Shown: in pieces, positions 8,973 through 17,531 of the stretch
Numbering within the stretch: the first letter of the stretch is position 1
Layout: each line of letters starts with the position of its first letter
NCBI GenBank assembly: GCA_965116865.1
Contig: OZ220727.1
Coordinates: 173,333 to 237,332 of the forward strand
Direction of reading: 5' to 3'
Source: Acidimicrobiales bacterium
Lineage (GTDB): Bacteria > Actinomycetota > Acidimicrobiia > Acidimicrobiales > Aldehydirespiratoraceae
DNA: 64,000 nucleotides
Notes under the pieces: model-generated
Database searches by the model: none
Told to the model about the DNA's origin: nothing
Seen by the model: the letters and a program-made list of their open reading frames with translations, nothing else
Made by a program: the position numbers and the translations under genes

Positions 8973-10601
8973 ATGAGCGACCCGATCTACGACGCCAGAA
9001 CCTTCTGGGAACTGCTCGACCGGCGGGCGGCGGCCACACCCGACCGGACGATGCTCCTCGACGAGGCGGGACGCTCGCTGACGTTCGCAGAGTTCAAGAA
9101 CCGGGCCGAGCGCGTGGCCGCGGGGCTGCTGGCCATGGGCGCCGCCGAGGGCACGCCGGTCACCTGGGTCCTGCCTACCCGCATCGAGACCGTGCTCACG
9201 AGCTTCGCTCTCAGCCGGCTGGGCGCGGTGCAGAACCCGATCATCCACGTCTACCGCCGCCGCGAGGTCGAGTTCTGCGTCCGGCAGACGCGGGCCGAGC
9301 TGGTATTGCATCCCGGGGCGTGGTCGGGGTTCGACTACGGGGCCATGGTCGACGGGATCGTCGCGGGGCTCGACCACGAGGCCCGGGCGCTGAACGGCTA
9401 CGACGCCCTTCCCGACGGAGACCCGGCCGCCTTGCCGCCCACCCCGGGGCCCGGCGACGACGCGGGCAAAGTGCGCTGGACGTACTACACCTCGGGAACC
9501 ACCTCCGATCCCAAGGGCGTGAAGCACACCGACGCGTCGCTGATAGCCGGCGGAGTCGGGCTGGCCCGTGCGCTGGACGTGAGCGACGACGACGTGGGCT
9601 CGATCGCCTTCCCCTACGCCCATATCGGCGGACCCGAGTACATGGTCATGATGTTGGCCGCCGGGTTCGGCGCCGTTCTCGTGGAGCGCTTCGACCCGGC
9701 GGCCGCAGTCTTGGCCTACGCCCGCCACGGCGTGACCATGGCCGGCGGCTCGACCGTCTTCTACCAGATGTTCCTCGAGGAGGACCGCAAGTCTCGCCGG
9801 TCCGCCGGCCGTCCCGCCATGCCCGCGCTGCGGGTGCTGTCGGGCGGGGGCGCCCCCAAGCCGCCCGAGATCCACTTCCGGGCGAAGGAGCAGATGGGTG
9901 TGCCAGTGGCCCACGGATACGGCATGACCGAGTGCTCGATGATCTCGCAGGGGTCTCCTCGCGACAGCGACCGCCAGCTGGCGCACACCGACGGCCGCCC
10001 GGTACACGGCTGCGAGGTGTCGATCGTCGCGATGGCCTCCGACGGCGGCGAGGCTCCCGCCCCGGCCGGGGTGCAGGGCGAGGTGCGGGTGAGCGGGCCG
10101 ATGCTGTTCTCGGGCTACACCGACCCCCGCCTCGACAAGGAGGCGTTCGACGCTCGGGGCCGCTTCCGCACCGGCGATCTGGGAGTGCTGGGCGCCGACG
10201 GGCACCTGACGCTCACCGGACGGGTGAAGGACATCATCGTCCGCAGGGGGGAGAACATCTCGGCCAAGGAGATCGAGGACGTGCTGCATACCCACGACAA
10301 GGTGGGCGCAGCCGCTGTGATCGGCCTGTCGGACCCCCAGCGGGGCGAGCGGGTCTGTGCGGTGGTCGAGACCGCGCCCGGCGCCGACGACCTGACTTTC
10401 GAGGAGATGGCAGAGGCCTGCCTGGCGGCCGGCCTGGCCCGCCGGAAAGTTCCCGAGCAGCTAGAGATCTTTCCCGGTCCGCTGCCCCGCAACGCCACCC
10501 TCAAGATCCTCAAGCACAAGCTGCGGGAGGTCTACGAGGCCCGCCGGCCGGTGTCCCTGGCCGCGCGAACCGTCTACGAAGCACGGCAGGAAGAGGACTG
10601 A
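8973..10601 (+). CDS. AMP-dependent synthetase/ligase (acyl-CoA synthetase-like)
   Basis: AMP-binding motif YTSGTTSDPKGV and C-terminal GDLG...GRVKD. Start placed at ATG 8973 (MSDPIYDART..., GGAG 9 nt upstream) rather than the ORF-track start at 8904. Confidence 0.85.
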   Translation: MSDPIYDARTFWELLDRRAAATPDRTMLLDEAGRSLTFAEFKNRAERVAAGLLAMGAAEGTPVTWVLPTRIETVLTSFALSRLGAVQNPIIHVYRRREVEFCVRQTRAELVLHPGAWSGFDYGAMVDGIVAGLDHEARALNGYDALPDGDPAALPPTPGPGDDAGKVRWTYYTSGTTSDPKGVKHTDASLIAGGVGLARALDVSDDDVGSIAFPYAHIGGPEYMVMMLAAGFGAVLVERFDPAAAVLAYARHGVTMAGGSTVFYQMFLEEDRKSRRSAGRPAMPALRVLSGGGAPKPPEIHFRAKEQMGVPVAHGYGMTECSMISQGSPRDSDRQLAHTDGRPVHGCEVSIVAMASDGGEAPAPAGVQGEVRVSGPMLFSGYTDPRLDKEAFDARGRFRTGDLGVLGADGHLTLTGRVKDIIVRRGENISAKEIEDVLHTHDKVGAAAVIGLSDPQRGERVCAVVETAPGADDLTFEEMAEACLAAGLARRKVPEQLEIFPGPLPRNATLKILKHKLREVYEARRPVSLAARTVYEARQEED

Positions 10602-10608
10602 CACGCCC

Positions 10609-11007
10609 ATGGCCAACATTGTTATATACCATAACAAGCATTGAAACTCCTCCAAAAATGCCGTGGCGGTCGCTGCGGAAGCCAACGCTGACGTTGAGGT
10701 GGTGCTCTACATGTCCGACCGTCCCGACCGCGACACGCTCCGGGGCATCGTCGACCGGTTGGAGGACCCGGTGGAGAACCTGGTCCGCAAGGACTCGCAG
10801 TTCTCGAAGCTGGGGCTGGACCCCGACGACTACGTCGGCGACCCCGACGCGGTGGTGGAGGTGCTGCTCCGGTATCCGAGGCTGATGCAGCGTCCGGTGC
10901 TGGTCGGCGGCGACCGGGCCATCATCGGGCGGCCGCTCGGCGACACGAAGGCCAAGGACCGGCTGGCCGAGTTCCTGGGCGCCGAGACGGCCGGCGGGAG
11001 CTCGTGA
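10609..11007 (+). CDS. ArsC/Spx-family reductase-like protein with in-frame TGA (10642-10644) at the catalytic Cys position
   Basis: ATG 10609 gives MANIVIYHNKH-TGA-NSSKNAVAV..., continuous with ORF 10663..11007 in the same frame. This aligns with the ArsC N-terminus IYHNPxCxxSRNxL, and the C-terminal PRLMQRPVLV...IIGRP is typical of the family. Confidence 0.6.
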
Positions 11008-11163
11008 CGTCAGGAGAGTGCTGAGCGAGGCCGTGGCCGGCGCGGCCCGTGAGCGCAGCGAACGGTAGCGAGAATCACGGGTCGGCCGCGCCCGGCGCTC
11101 CGCGGCTCGCTACCGTGGGCCGAGACCAGACCGACCACACCTTCAGACCACAAGGGGGCGCCG

Positions 11164-11352
11164 ATGCGAATCGTCGTTGACTTCGATCTGTGCGAGAGCA
11201 ATGCCGTCTGCATGCAGATCGCGCCCGACATCTTCGAGGTGCGAGACGACGACTTCCTCTACATCCTCGACGAGACGCCCGGCGAAGCCGACCGGGCCAG
11301 GGTTCAGGAGTGCGTGCAACGCTGCCCCAAGCAGGCCATCTCGATAGCTTGA
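11164..11352 (+). CDS. small ferredoxin (single Fe-S cluster type)
   Basis: 62-aa ORF with the pattern VDFDLCESNAVC...CVQRCPKQAI, typical of actinobacterial 3Fe-4S/4Fe-4S ferredoxins. Confidence 0.8.
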   Translation: MRIVVDFDLCESNAVCMQIAPDIFEVRDDDFLYILDETPGEADRARVQECVQRCPKQAISIA

Positions 11353-11482
11353 GAGGCCGAGCGAGCAGGCGAGCCGATCGGTTGAACACGGGCGGCGAGG
11401 CCGCGGCCCGAGCGGCCCGTGAGCGCATCGGACGAGAGCGCGCAGGCCGGTGCTCTGAGCCGGTGCCGGGATCCGGCTGCGC

Positions 11483-12685
11483 ATGACCGAAGCCCGGCGC
11501 GCCGTCACCATCGTCGGGGCCTCGCTGGCGGGCTTGAACGCGGCCGAGGCCCTGCGCCGGGAGGGCTTCGACGGCCCGGTCGTCCTCATCGGCGCCGAGA
11601 AGCATCTGCCGTATGACCGGCCTCCGCTGTCCAAGCAGGTGCTGGCGGGCGACTGGGCGCCGGAGCGGGTCGCGCTGACCGACTCCGAGAAACTGGAGGA
11701 GGACGGCATCGAGACGCGTCTCGGCGTGCGGGCCACCCGTCTGGACCTGGATGCACGGGAGCTGGCCCTCGACACCGGCGAGACTGCGGCCTTCGACGGG
11801 CTCGTCGTTGCCACCGGATCCCGCTGCCGCACCATCGGCGGCGTCGAGGGACTGCAGGGAGTGCATGTCCTGCGCTCGCTGGACGACTGCCTGGCGTTGC
11901 GCGCCGACTTCGAGGCGACGCCTCAGAGGGTGGTGGTGGTGGGCGCCGGCTTCATCGGCGCGGAGGTGGCCGCCACGGCGCGGGGACGCGGACTCGAGGT
12001 CACGGTGGTGGAGGCGCTGCCCACTCCGCTGAGCCGGGTGCTCGGAGACGAGATGGGCGAGGTGTGCGCCGAGGTCCACCGCGACCACGGCGTCGATTTG
12101 CGCACCGGGGTCGGCGTGAGCGCCGTCTCCGGCGGCGGCCGGGTGGAGCAGGTGACGCTGTCGGACGGCTCGGCGGTGGACGCCGACGTGGTGGTGGTCG
12201 GCATAGGCGTGATCCCCAACACCGAGTGGCTGGACGGCTCGGGTCTGAAGGTGGACGACGGCGTGGTGTGCGACGCCTCGTGCCTGGCAGCGGAGGGAGT
12301 GGCCGCGGCGGGTGACGTGGCCCGCTGGCCCAACGGGCTGTTCGGCGAGACGATGCGGGTGGAGCACTGGGACAACGCCGCGCAGCAGGGCGCCCAAGCG
12401 GCCCGTCGCCTGCTCGACTCGTCGACGGGGCCGTTCACGCCGGTGCCGTGGTTCTGGAGCGACCAGTACGACCGCAAGATCCAGCTCGCCGGCCGGGTGC
12501 GCCCCGACGACGAGGTGCGGGTGGTGGCCGGCTCGGTCGCCGAGCGGCGGTTCGCGGCGGTCTACGGTAGGGCCGGTCGGCTTGTGGGGGTGCTCGGCTT
12601 CAACCGCCCCCGCCACGTGATGCGCTACCGGGCCCTGATCGAGCGGCGCGCCGGCTTCGAAGAGGCCCTCGCCGCCGAGTTCTGA
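11483..12685 (+). CDS. FAD-dependent ferredoxin/NAD(P)H oxidoreductase (ferredoxin reductase)
   Basis: 400-aa ORF with two dinucleotide-binding motifs (IVGASLAG, VVVVGAGFIGAEVA). Adjacent to the ferredoxin gene. Confidence 0.85.
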   Translation: MTEARRAVTIVGASLAGLNAAEALRREGFDGPVVLIGAEKHLPYDRPPLSKQVLAGDWAPERVALTDSEKLEEDGIETRLGVRATRLDLDARELALDTGETAAFDGLVVATGSRCRTIGGVEGLQGVHVLRSLDDCLALRADFEATPQRVVVVGAGFIGAEVAATARGRGLEVTVVEALPTPLSRVLGDEMGEVCAEVHRDHGVDLRTGVGVSAVSGGGRVEQVTLSDGSAVDADVVVVGIGVIPNTEWLDGSGLKVDDGVVCDASCLAAEGVAAAGDVARWPNGLFGETMRVEHWDNAAQQGAQAARRLLDSSTGPFTPVPWFWSDQYDRKIQLAGRVRPDDEVRVVAGSVAERRFAAVYGRAGRLVGVLGFNRPRHVMRYRALIERRAGFEEALAAEF

Positions 12686-12972
12686 ACGGGTTGCACTCGT
12701 CGGCGCAGCCCCGCAGCCGTGCTTCGGCGCCTGTCAGTCGCCGTTCCGGCTCGGTCGCAGCGCAGCGCCGGCTAGTAGCGGATCTTCGAGCGCTCGAGGC
12801 GGTGGTTCACAGGGACGGCAGCGCAGCGGCGAGGCAGGGTCCGCGGGTTTCGGGCGGGTGCGGGTAGCCTGTTGCGGTCCCGCCGACGGCGGGACGTGTC
12901 GTGTGCAGCACGCACGCTGCCGGCCTCGCACAGCGGGCCATGCAGCAGGGTCCGATACCCAATGGAGATTCC

Positions 12973-13254
12973 ATGCCAATCAGCCTCCCTCCCAAGGCCG
13001 CGACCATCGCTTCGATGGCGGAGGCCTTCGACTTGGAGGAGAACGACACCGGCTCACCCGAGGTCCAGGTCGCTCTGCTCTCGGATCGCATCAACCATCT
13101 CACCGAGCATCTGCGGGTCCACAAGAAGGACCATCACAGCCGGAGGGGTCTGCTGATGCTGGTGGGCAGGCGCAGGAGGCTGCTCGACTATGTGAAGGAG
13201 AACGACGTCGAGCGGTACCGGGCGGTCATCGCCCATCTCGGTCTGCGGCGCTGA
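12973..13254 (+). CDS. rpsO: 30S ribosomal protein S15
   Basis: [37 protein letters not shown]...LGLRR. Start set at ATG 12973 (GGAG at 12964-12967), giving 93 aa. Confidence 0.95.
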   Translation: MPISLPPKAATIASMAEAFDLEENDTGSPEVQVALLSDRINHLTEHLRVHKKDHHSRRGLLMLVGRRRRLLDYVKENDVERYRAVIAHLGLRR

Positions 13255-13262
13255 GCACGACC

Positions 13263-13284
13263 CGGGCGGCTCCAGGGCCGCCCG
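13263..13284 (+). terminator. GC hairpin 3' of rpsO (possible attenuator/terminator, no U tract)
   Basis: CGGGCGG-CTCCAGGG-CCGCCCG, a 7-bp stem located 9 nt after the rpsO stop. Confidence 0.3.
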
Positions 13285-13449
13285 CCCGGCTGTCTGCGCC
13301 GACCGGCGTCGAGCGGCCGGCGACGATCCCAGTGACAACCGACAATCAGGCGCGACCGCTCCGGTGCTAGTCGCATCGGCCCCGTCCCGGGCAATCCGGC
13401 ATCCGACGGGACCGATACGACTGGGAACTGGCGGGGTCGCGCCCATACC

Positions 13450-13469
13450 GGGCCCCCGGACGGGGGCCT
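13450..13469 (+). promoter_or_regulatory. pnp leader hairpin abutting the Shine-Dalgarno sequence
   Basis: GGCCCCC-GGAC-GGGGGCC (7 bp plus a G-U pair) ends 1 nt before GAGGAG (13471-13476), which precedes the pnp ATG at 13484. Confidence 0.3.
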
Positions 13470-13483
13470 CGAGGAGCATTCCC

Positions 13484-16015
13484 ATGGCTGAAGCCATTTC
13501 TGTCACTGGTGCGTTCACGCGCGCCGAAGGCAAGGACGCCACCTTCGAGACGGGCCTGCTGGCCCCGCTCGCGGGAGGCGCCGTCACCGTCCGGATGGGT
13601 GACACGGTGGTGCTCGTGACCGCCACGGGCGCCAAGTCTCCCCGGGAGGGCGCCGACTTCTTCCCCCTGACCGTGGACGTCGAGGAGCGTATGTACGCCG
13701 CGGGCCGCATCCCGGGCTCGTTCTTCCGGCGCGAGGCCCGCGCCGGCGAGCAGGCCGTCCTGACCTGCCGGCTGATAGACCGCCCGCTGCGGCCCAGCTT
13801 TCCCGACGGGTTCCGCAACGAGGTGCATGTCGTTGCCACCGTGCTGGGCGCCGACCAGTCCCATCCCTACGACGTCGCGGCGCTCAACGCGGCCTCCTTG
13901 GCGTTGTGCATCTCGCCGGTTCCCTTCGACGGGCCGATCGGCGCGGTGAGGCTGAGCTGGTCGTCGCCGGGCGAGTGGGTGCCGTTCCCGACGTACGCCG
14001 AGAGCGACGAATCCGCGTTCGAGATGGTGGTGGCCGGCCGGCTCGACGGCGACGACGTCGCCGTGATGATGGTCGAGGCCGGAGGCACCGCCGCCACCTG
14101 GGACCTGTACTCGCACGGCGTCCCCAAGGTGGACGAGGACGTCCTCGCCGGCGGCCTGGAAGCGGCCAAGACCTGGATCCGCGAGATGATCGAGCTGCAG
14201 CAGAAGATGATCGAAGCGGTGGGCCCGGTCGCCAAGATGGACGCGCCGTTGGCCGTCGACTGCGCTGACGACGTTATGGCGGCCGTGCGCGACGCCGCCG
14301 CCGACCGCATCGACTCGACCCAGCGCATCGCCGACAAGACCGACCGGCAGGCCGCCGAGGCTGCCCTGGCCGTCGACGTGACCGCCGAACTGGCGGAGCG
14401 CTTCGGCGACGACCCGGCCGCGGCCCGGCAGATCGGCAGCGCCATCCGCACCGTTGCCAAGGAGGCGGTGCGGCGCCGCATCGTTGCCGAGGGCGTCCGC
14501 ATCGACGGCCGGACCACCGACCAGCTGCGTCCGCTGACGTGCCGGGTCGGGGTGGTGCCGACTGCTCACGGCTCGGGGCTGTTCCAGCGGGGCGAGACGC
14601 AGGTGCTCAACTTCACCACGCTGGGGATCGGACGCAGCGACATGCTGATAGACGACCTGTCGCCCACCGAGAAGAAGCGCTACTTCCATCACTACAACTT
14701 CCCGCCGTTCTGCACCGGCGAGACCGGCTTCATGCGCGGGCCGAAGCGGCGCGAGATCGGGCACGGGGCGCTGGCCGAGCGGGCCGTGTTCCCGGTGGTG
14801 CCCGGCTTCGAGGACTGGCCCTACACGGTGCGCACCGTGTCGGAGGTGATGGCGTCCAACGGGTCGAGCTCGATGGCGTCTGTGTGCGGGTCGACGCTGT
14901 CGCTGATGGACGCCGGCGTCCCGATCAAGGCGCCGGTGGCGGGGGTGGCCATGGGCCTGGTCCACGCCGACGGCGCCTGGGTGACCCTCACCGACATCCT
15001 CGGCGCCGAGGACGCCTTCGGGGACATGGACTTCAAGGTGGCCGGAACCACCGACTTCATCACCGCGCTGCAGCTCGACACCAAGATCTCGGGCATCCCG
15101 GCGTCGGTGCTGGCCGACGCGCTGCGGCAGGCGCACTCGGCTCGCCTCGACATCCTCGACGCGATGGCCGAGACCATCATCGAGCCGAGGCCCGACGTGC
15201 GCGACACCGCTCCGAAGATCAGCTCCTTCGAGATCCCCGTCGAGAAGATCGGCGAGGTGATCGGACCCAAGGGCAAGGTGATCAACGCCATCCAGTCCGA
15301 GACCGGCGCCGACATCAGCGTCGACGACGACGGCGCGGTCGGCATCGTGGCCATCGCCTCCACCGACCGCGGCGCGGTGATGGAAGCCGAGCGGCAGATC
15401 AAGCTCATCCTGGATCCGCCCACCGCCGACATCGGCACCGCCTACCGGGGACGGGTGGTGAACATCACCAAGTTCGGGGCGTTCGTGAACATCCTGCCCG
15501 GACGCGACGGCCTGGTCCACATCTCCAAGCTGGGCGGCGGCAGGCGCATCGACAGGGTCGAGGACGTGCTCGACCTCGGCGAGGAGATCGACGTGGTGGT
15601 CGAGGACGTCGACCCCAACGGGAAGATCTCGCTGCTCCTCAAGTCGGACGACTCCGACCGCGCCGATTCGTCGGGGTTCCGGCGCCGGGAGATGTCCCGG
15701 TCCGGCGGCGGCCGGGGCGGCTCCCGCGGCTTCGGAGGCGGCGGACCCGGACGGGATTCTGGCCGATCCGACCGCGACGGCGGCTTCGGCCGCTACCGCG
15801 ACGGCGGCCGTCCCGAGGCGAGGCGGCCGGAGGCGGGGCGCGCCGACGGCGAATCGCGCCGCGAGGACCGGCCCGGCGCCCGGTCGAGGCCACCCGCTCC
15901 GAGCGCCCAGGGAACCTCGTTCGAGGAGTCTTTCGACCAGGAGCTCGAGCGCGAGTTCGGCGACCTGGGCCCGGACCAGCGAGCACGCCGCGGCGGCCGC
16001 CGCGGTGGCCGCTGA
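13484..16015 (+). CDS. pnp: polyribonucleotide nucleotidyltransferase (PNPase) with an RGG-rich C-terminal extension
   Basis: Two RNase PH domains (FGDMDFKVAG), a KH domain (IGPKGKVINAIQ) and an S1 domain (GRVVNITKFGAFV). Start set at ATG 13484 (MAEAISVTG...) after GAGGAG. About 125 extra R/G/D-rich residues follow S1. Confidence 0.95.
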   Translation: MAEAISVTGAFTRAEGKDATFETGLLAPLAGGAVTVRMGDTVVLVTATGAKSPREGADFFPLTVDVEERMYAAGRIPGSFFRREARAGEQAVLTCRLIDRPLRPSFPDGFRNEVHVVATVLGADQSHPYDVAALNAASLALCISPVPFDGPIGAVRLSWSSPGEWVPFPTYAESDESAFEMVVAGRLDGDDVAVMMVEAGGTAATWDLYSHGVPKVDEDVLAGGLEAAKTWIREMIELQQKMIEAVGPVAKMDAPLAVDCADDVMAAVRDAAADRIDSTQRIADKTDRQAAEAALAVDVTAELAERFGDDPAAARQIGSAIRTVAKEAVRRRIVAEGVRIDGRTTDQLRPLTCRVGVVPTAHGSGLFQRGETQVLNFTTLGIGRSDMLIDDLSPTEKKRYFHHYNFPPFCTGETGFMRGPKRREIGHGALAERAVFPVVPGFEDWPYTVRTVSEVMASNGSSSMASVCGSTLSLMDAGVPIKAPVAGVAMGLVHADGAWVTLTDILGAEDAFGDMDFKVAGTTDFITALQLDTKISGIPASVLADALRQAHSARLDILDAMAETIIEPRPDVRDTAPKISSFEIPVEKIGEVIGPKGKVINAIQSETGADISVDDDGAVGIVAIASTDRGAVMEAERQIKLILDPPTADIGTAYRGRVVNITKFGAFVNILPGRDGLVHISKLGGGRRIDRVEDVLDLGEEIDVVVEDVDPNGKISLLLKSDDSDRADSSGFRRREMSRSGGGRGGSRGFGGGGPGRDSGRSDRDGGFGRYRDGGRPEARRPEAGRADGESRREDRPGARSRPPAPSAQGTSFEESFDQELEREFGDLGPDQRARRGGRRGGR

Positions 16016-16248
16016 GAGCTGCTGCGTGTTGGGGCGGCGTCCGCGGGCCGCGGTGGCCGCTGAGAGCTGCTGCGTGTTGGGGCGGCGTCCGCGGGCCGCG
16101 GTGGCCGCTGAGAGCTGCTGCGTGTTGGGGCGGCGTCCGCGGGCCGCGGTGGCCGCTGAGAGCTGCTGCGTGTTGGGGCGGCGTCCGCGGGCCGCGGTGG
16201 CCGCTGAGAGCTGCTGCGTGTTGGGGCGGCGTCCGCGGGCCGCGGGCC
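16001..16248. repeat. 48-bp perfect tandem repeat, 5 copies, spanning the pnp stop to the dapB start
   Basis: Unit CGCGGTGGCCGCTGAGAGCTGCTGCGTGTTGGGGCGGCGTCCGCGGGC starts at 16001, 16049, 16097, 16145 and 16193. The first unit contains the pnp stop (16013-16015). Confidence 0.95.
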
Positions 16249-16249
16249 G

Positions 16250-16981
16250 ATGATCCGACTCGGTGTCTGCGGTGCCTCCGGCCGCATGGGCACCGAGGCA
16301 TGCCGGGCGATCGACGCTGATCCCGACACCGAGCTGCTGGCCGCGGTCGGCTCCGCCGGCTCGGTCGACGAGTTCGTGGAGGCGGGCGTCGATGCGGTGG
16401 TGGACTTCACTGTCGCGGAGGCGGTCCGGGACAACATGGGCGTGCTTGCGACAGCCGGGATCCACGCCGTCGTAGGGACTACCGGTCTGGGCGTCGGCGA
16501 CTTGGACTCGTTGCGCGCCGCCTTCGTGAGCAGCCATTGCATCGTGGCGCCGAACTTCGCGGTGGGCGCGGTGCTGATGACCCGGTTCGCGGCTCTGGCC
16601 GCCCCCTATTTCGACACCGCCGAGGTGATCGAGATGCACCACGACCGCAAGATGGACGCACCTTCGGGCACGGCCATGGCGACCGTCGAGGCGATGGCAG
16701 TGGCGTCCGCCGACTGGGCGCCGGACCACACTGCCGCCGAGAGCCTTCCCGGCGCACGCGGCGGCCGCGGCCCGGGCGGGATCCCGGTCCACTCGGTGCG
16801 CCTCAAAGGACTGGTCGCGCACCAGGAGGTGCTGCTCGGCGGGCCCGGCGAGACCCTGACGATCCGCCACGACACTGTCGACCGTTCGGCGTTCATGCCT
16901 GGAATGCTCCTCGCGGTCAAGCGGGTGGTGACGCTCGATCCGGGGGTGACCGTCGGCCTCGGCGAGGTTCTGGGCATCTGA
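16250..16981 (+). CDS. dapB: 4-hydroxy-tetrahydrodipicolinate reductase
   Basis: 243 aa with GASGRMG NAD(P) motif and the signature EMHHDRKMDAPSGTA. Confidence 0.9.
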   Translation: MIRLGVCGASGRMGTEACRAIDADPDTELLAAVGSAGSVDEFVEAGVDAVVDFTVAEAVRDNMGVLATAGIHAVVGTTGLGVGDLDSLRAAFVSSHCIVAPNFAVGAVLMTRFAALAAPYFDTAEVIEMHHDRKMDAPSGTAMATVEAMAVASADWAPDHTAAESLPGARGGRGPGGIPVHSVRLKGLVAHQEVLLGGPGETLTIRHDTVDRSAFMPGMLLAVKRVVTLDPGVTVGLGEVLGI

Positions 16982-17531
16982 GACCGGAACGGGGGCGGTG
17001 AGTGCGCTGGCTGGTGTCGCTGGGGTGGGTCGCTTCGCACGTCTTCGCGCTGGCGATGGTCGTGCTGATGGTCGATCTGGGGTTCTGTCTGAGACCGGAA
17101 CGGGGGCGGTGAGTGCGCTGGCTGGTGTCGCTGGGGTGGGTCGCTTCGCACGTCTTCGCGCTGGCGATGGTCGTGCTGATGGTCGATCTGGGGTTCTGTC
17201 TGAGACCGGAACGGGGGCGGTGAGTGCGCCGGCTGGTGTCGCTGGGGTGGGTCGCTTCGCACGTCTTCGCGCTGGCGATGGTCGTGCTGATGGTCGATCT
17301 GGGGTTCTGTCTGAGACCGGAACGGGGGCGGTGAGTGCGCCGGCTGGTGTCGCTGGGGTGGGTCGCTTCGCACGTCTTCGCGCTGGCGATGGTCGTGCTG
17401 ATGGTCGATCTGGGGTTCTGTCTGAGACCGGAACGGGGGCGGTGAGTGCGCCGGCTGGTGTCGCTGGGGTGGGTCGCTTCGCACGTCTTCGCGCTGGCGA
17501 TGGTCGTGCTGATGGTCAACCTGGGGTTCTG
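16977..17531 (+). repeat. 111-bp tandem repeat, 5 copies (4 duplicates plus the native copy), covering the dapB stop and the SURF1 start
   Basis: Units start at 16977, 17088, 17199, 17310 and 17421. They differ only at 1-2 positions (T/C in GTGCGC[T/C]GG). Confidence 0.95.

Noticed and set aside
8934-10885. 453-aa minus ORF and 648-aa plus ORF overlapping the acyl-CoA synthetase gene
   Set aside because: Only the 8973..10601 frame carries AMP-binding motifs. The others are high-GC shadow ORFs.
11075-12616. 513-aa minus-strand ORF opposite ferredoxin and ferredoxin reductase
   Set aside because: Shadow ORF. The plus-strand genes have clear FAD/NAD and Fe-S motifs.
12901-13483. Longer N-terminal extensions of rpsO (12901) and pnp (13364) given by the ORF track
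   Set aside because: The conserved protein N-termini and good Shine-Dalgarno sequences sit at 12973 and 13484. The extensions are non-conserved-looking and would cover the leader hairpins.
13367-16870. 1167-aa ORF on the minus strand covering pnp and dapB
   Set aside because: It is antisense to two unambiguous conserved genes. Its composition is Arg/Gly/Pro/Ala-rich low complexity, typical of stop-poor antisense frames in high-GC DNA, and it contains the 48-bp repeat read as reiterated peptides.
4826-17531. Tandem repeat arrays considered as possible CRISPR arrays
   Set aside because: The units are directly adjacent with no unique spacers, periods differ between arrays, there are no cas genes, and several arrays lie inside or on the ends of coding genes.
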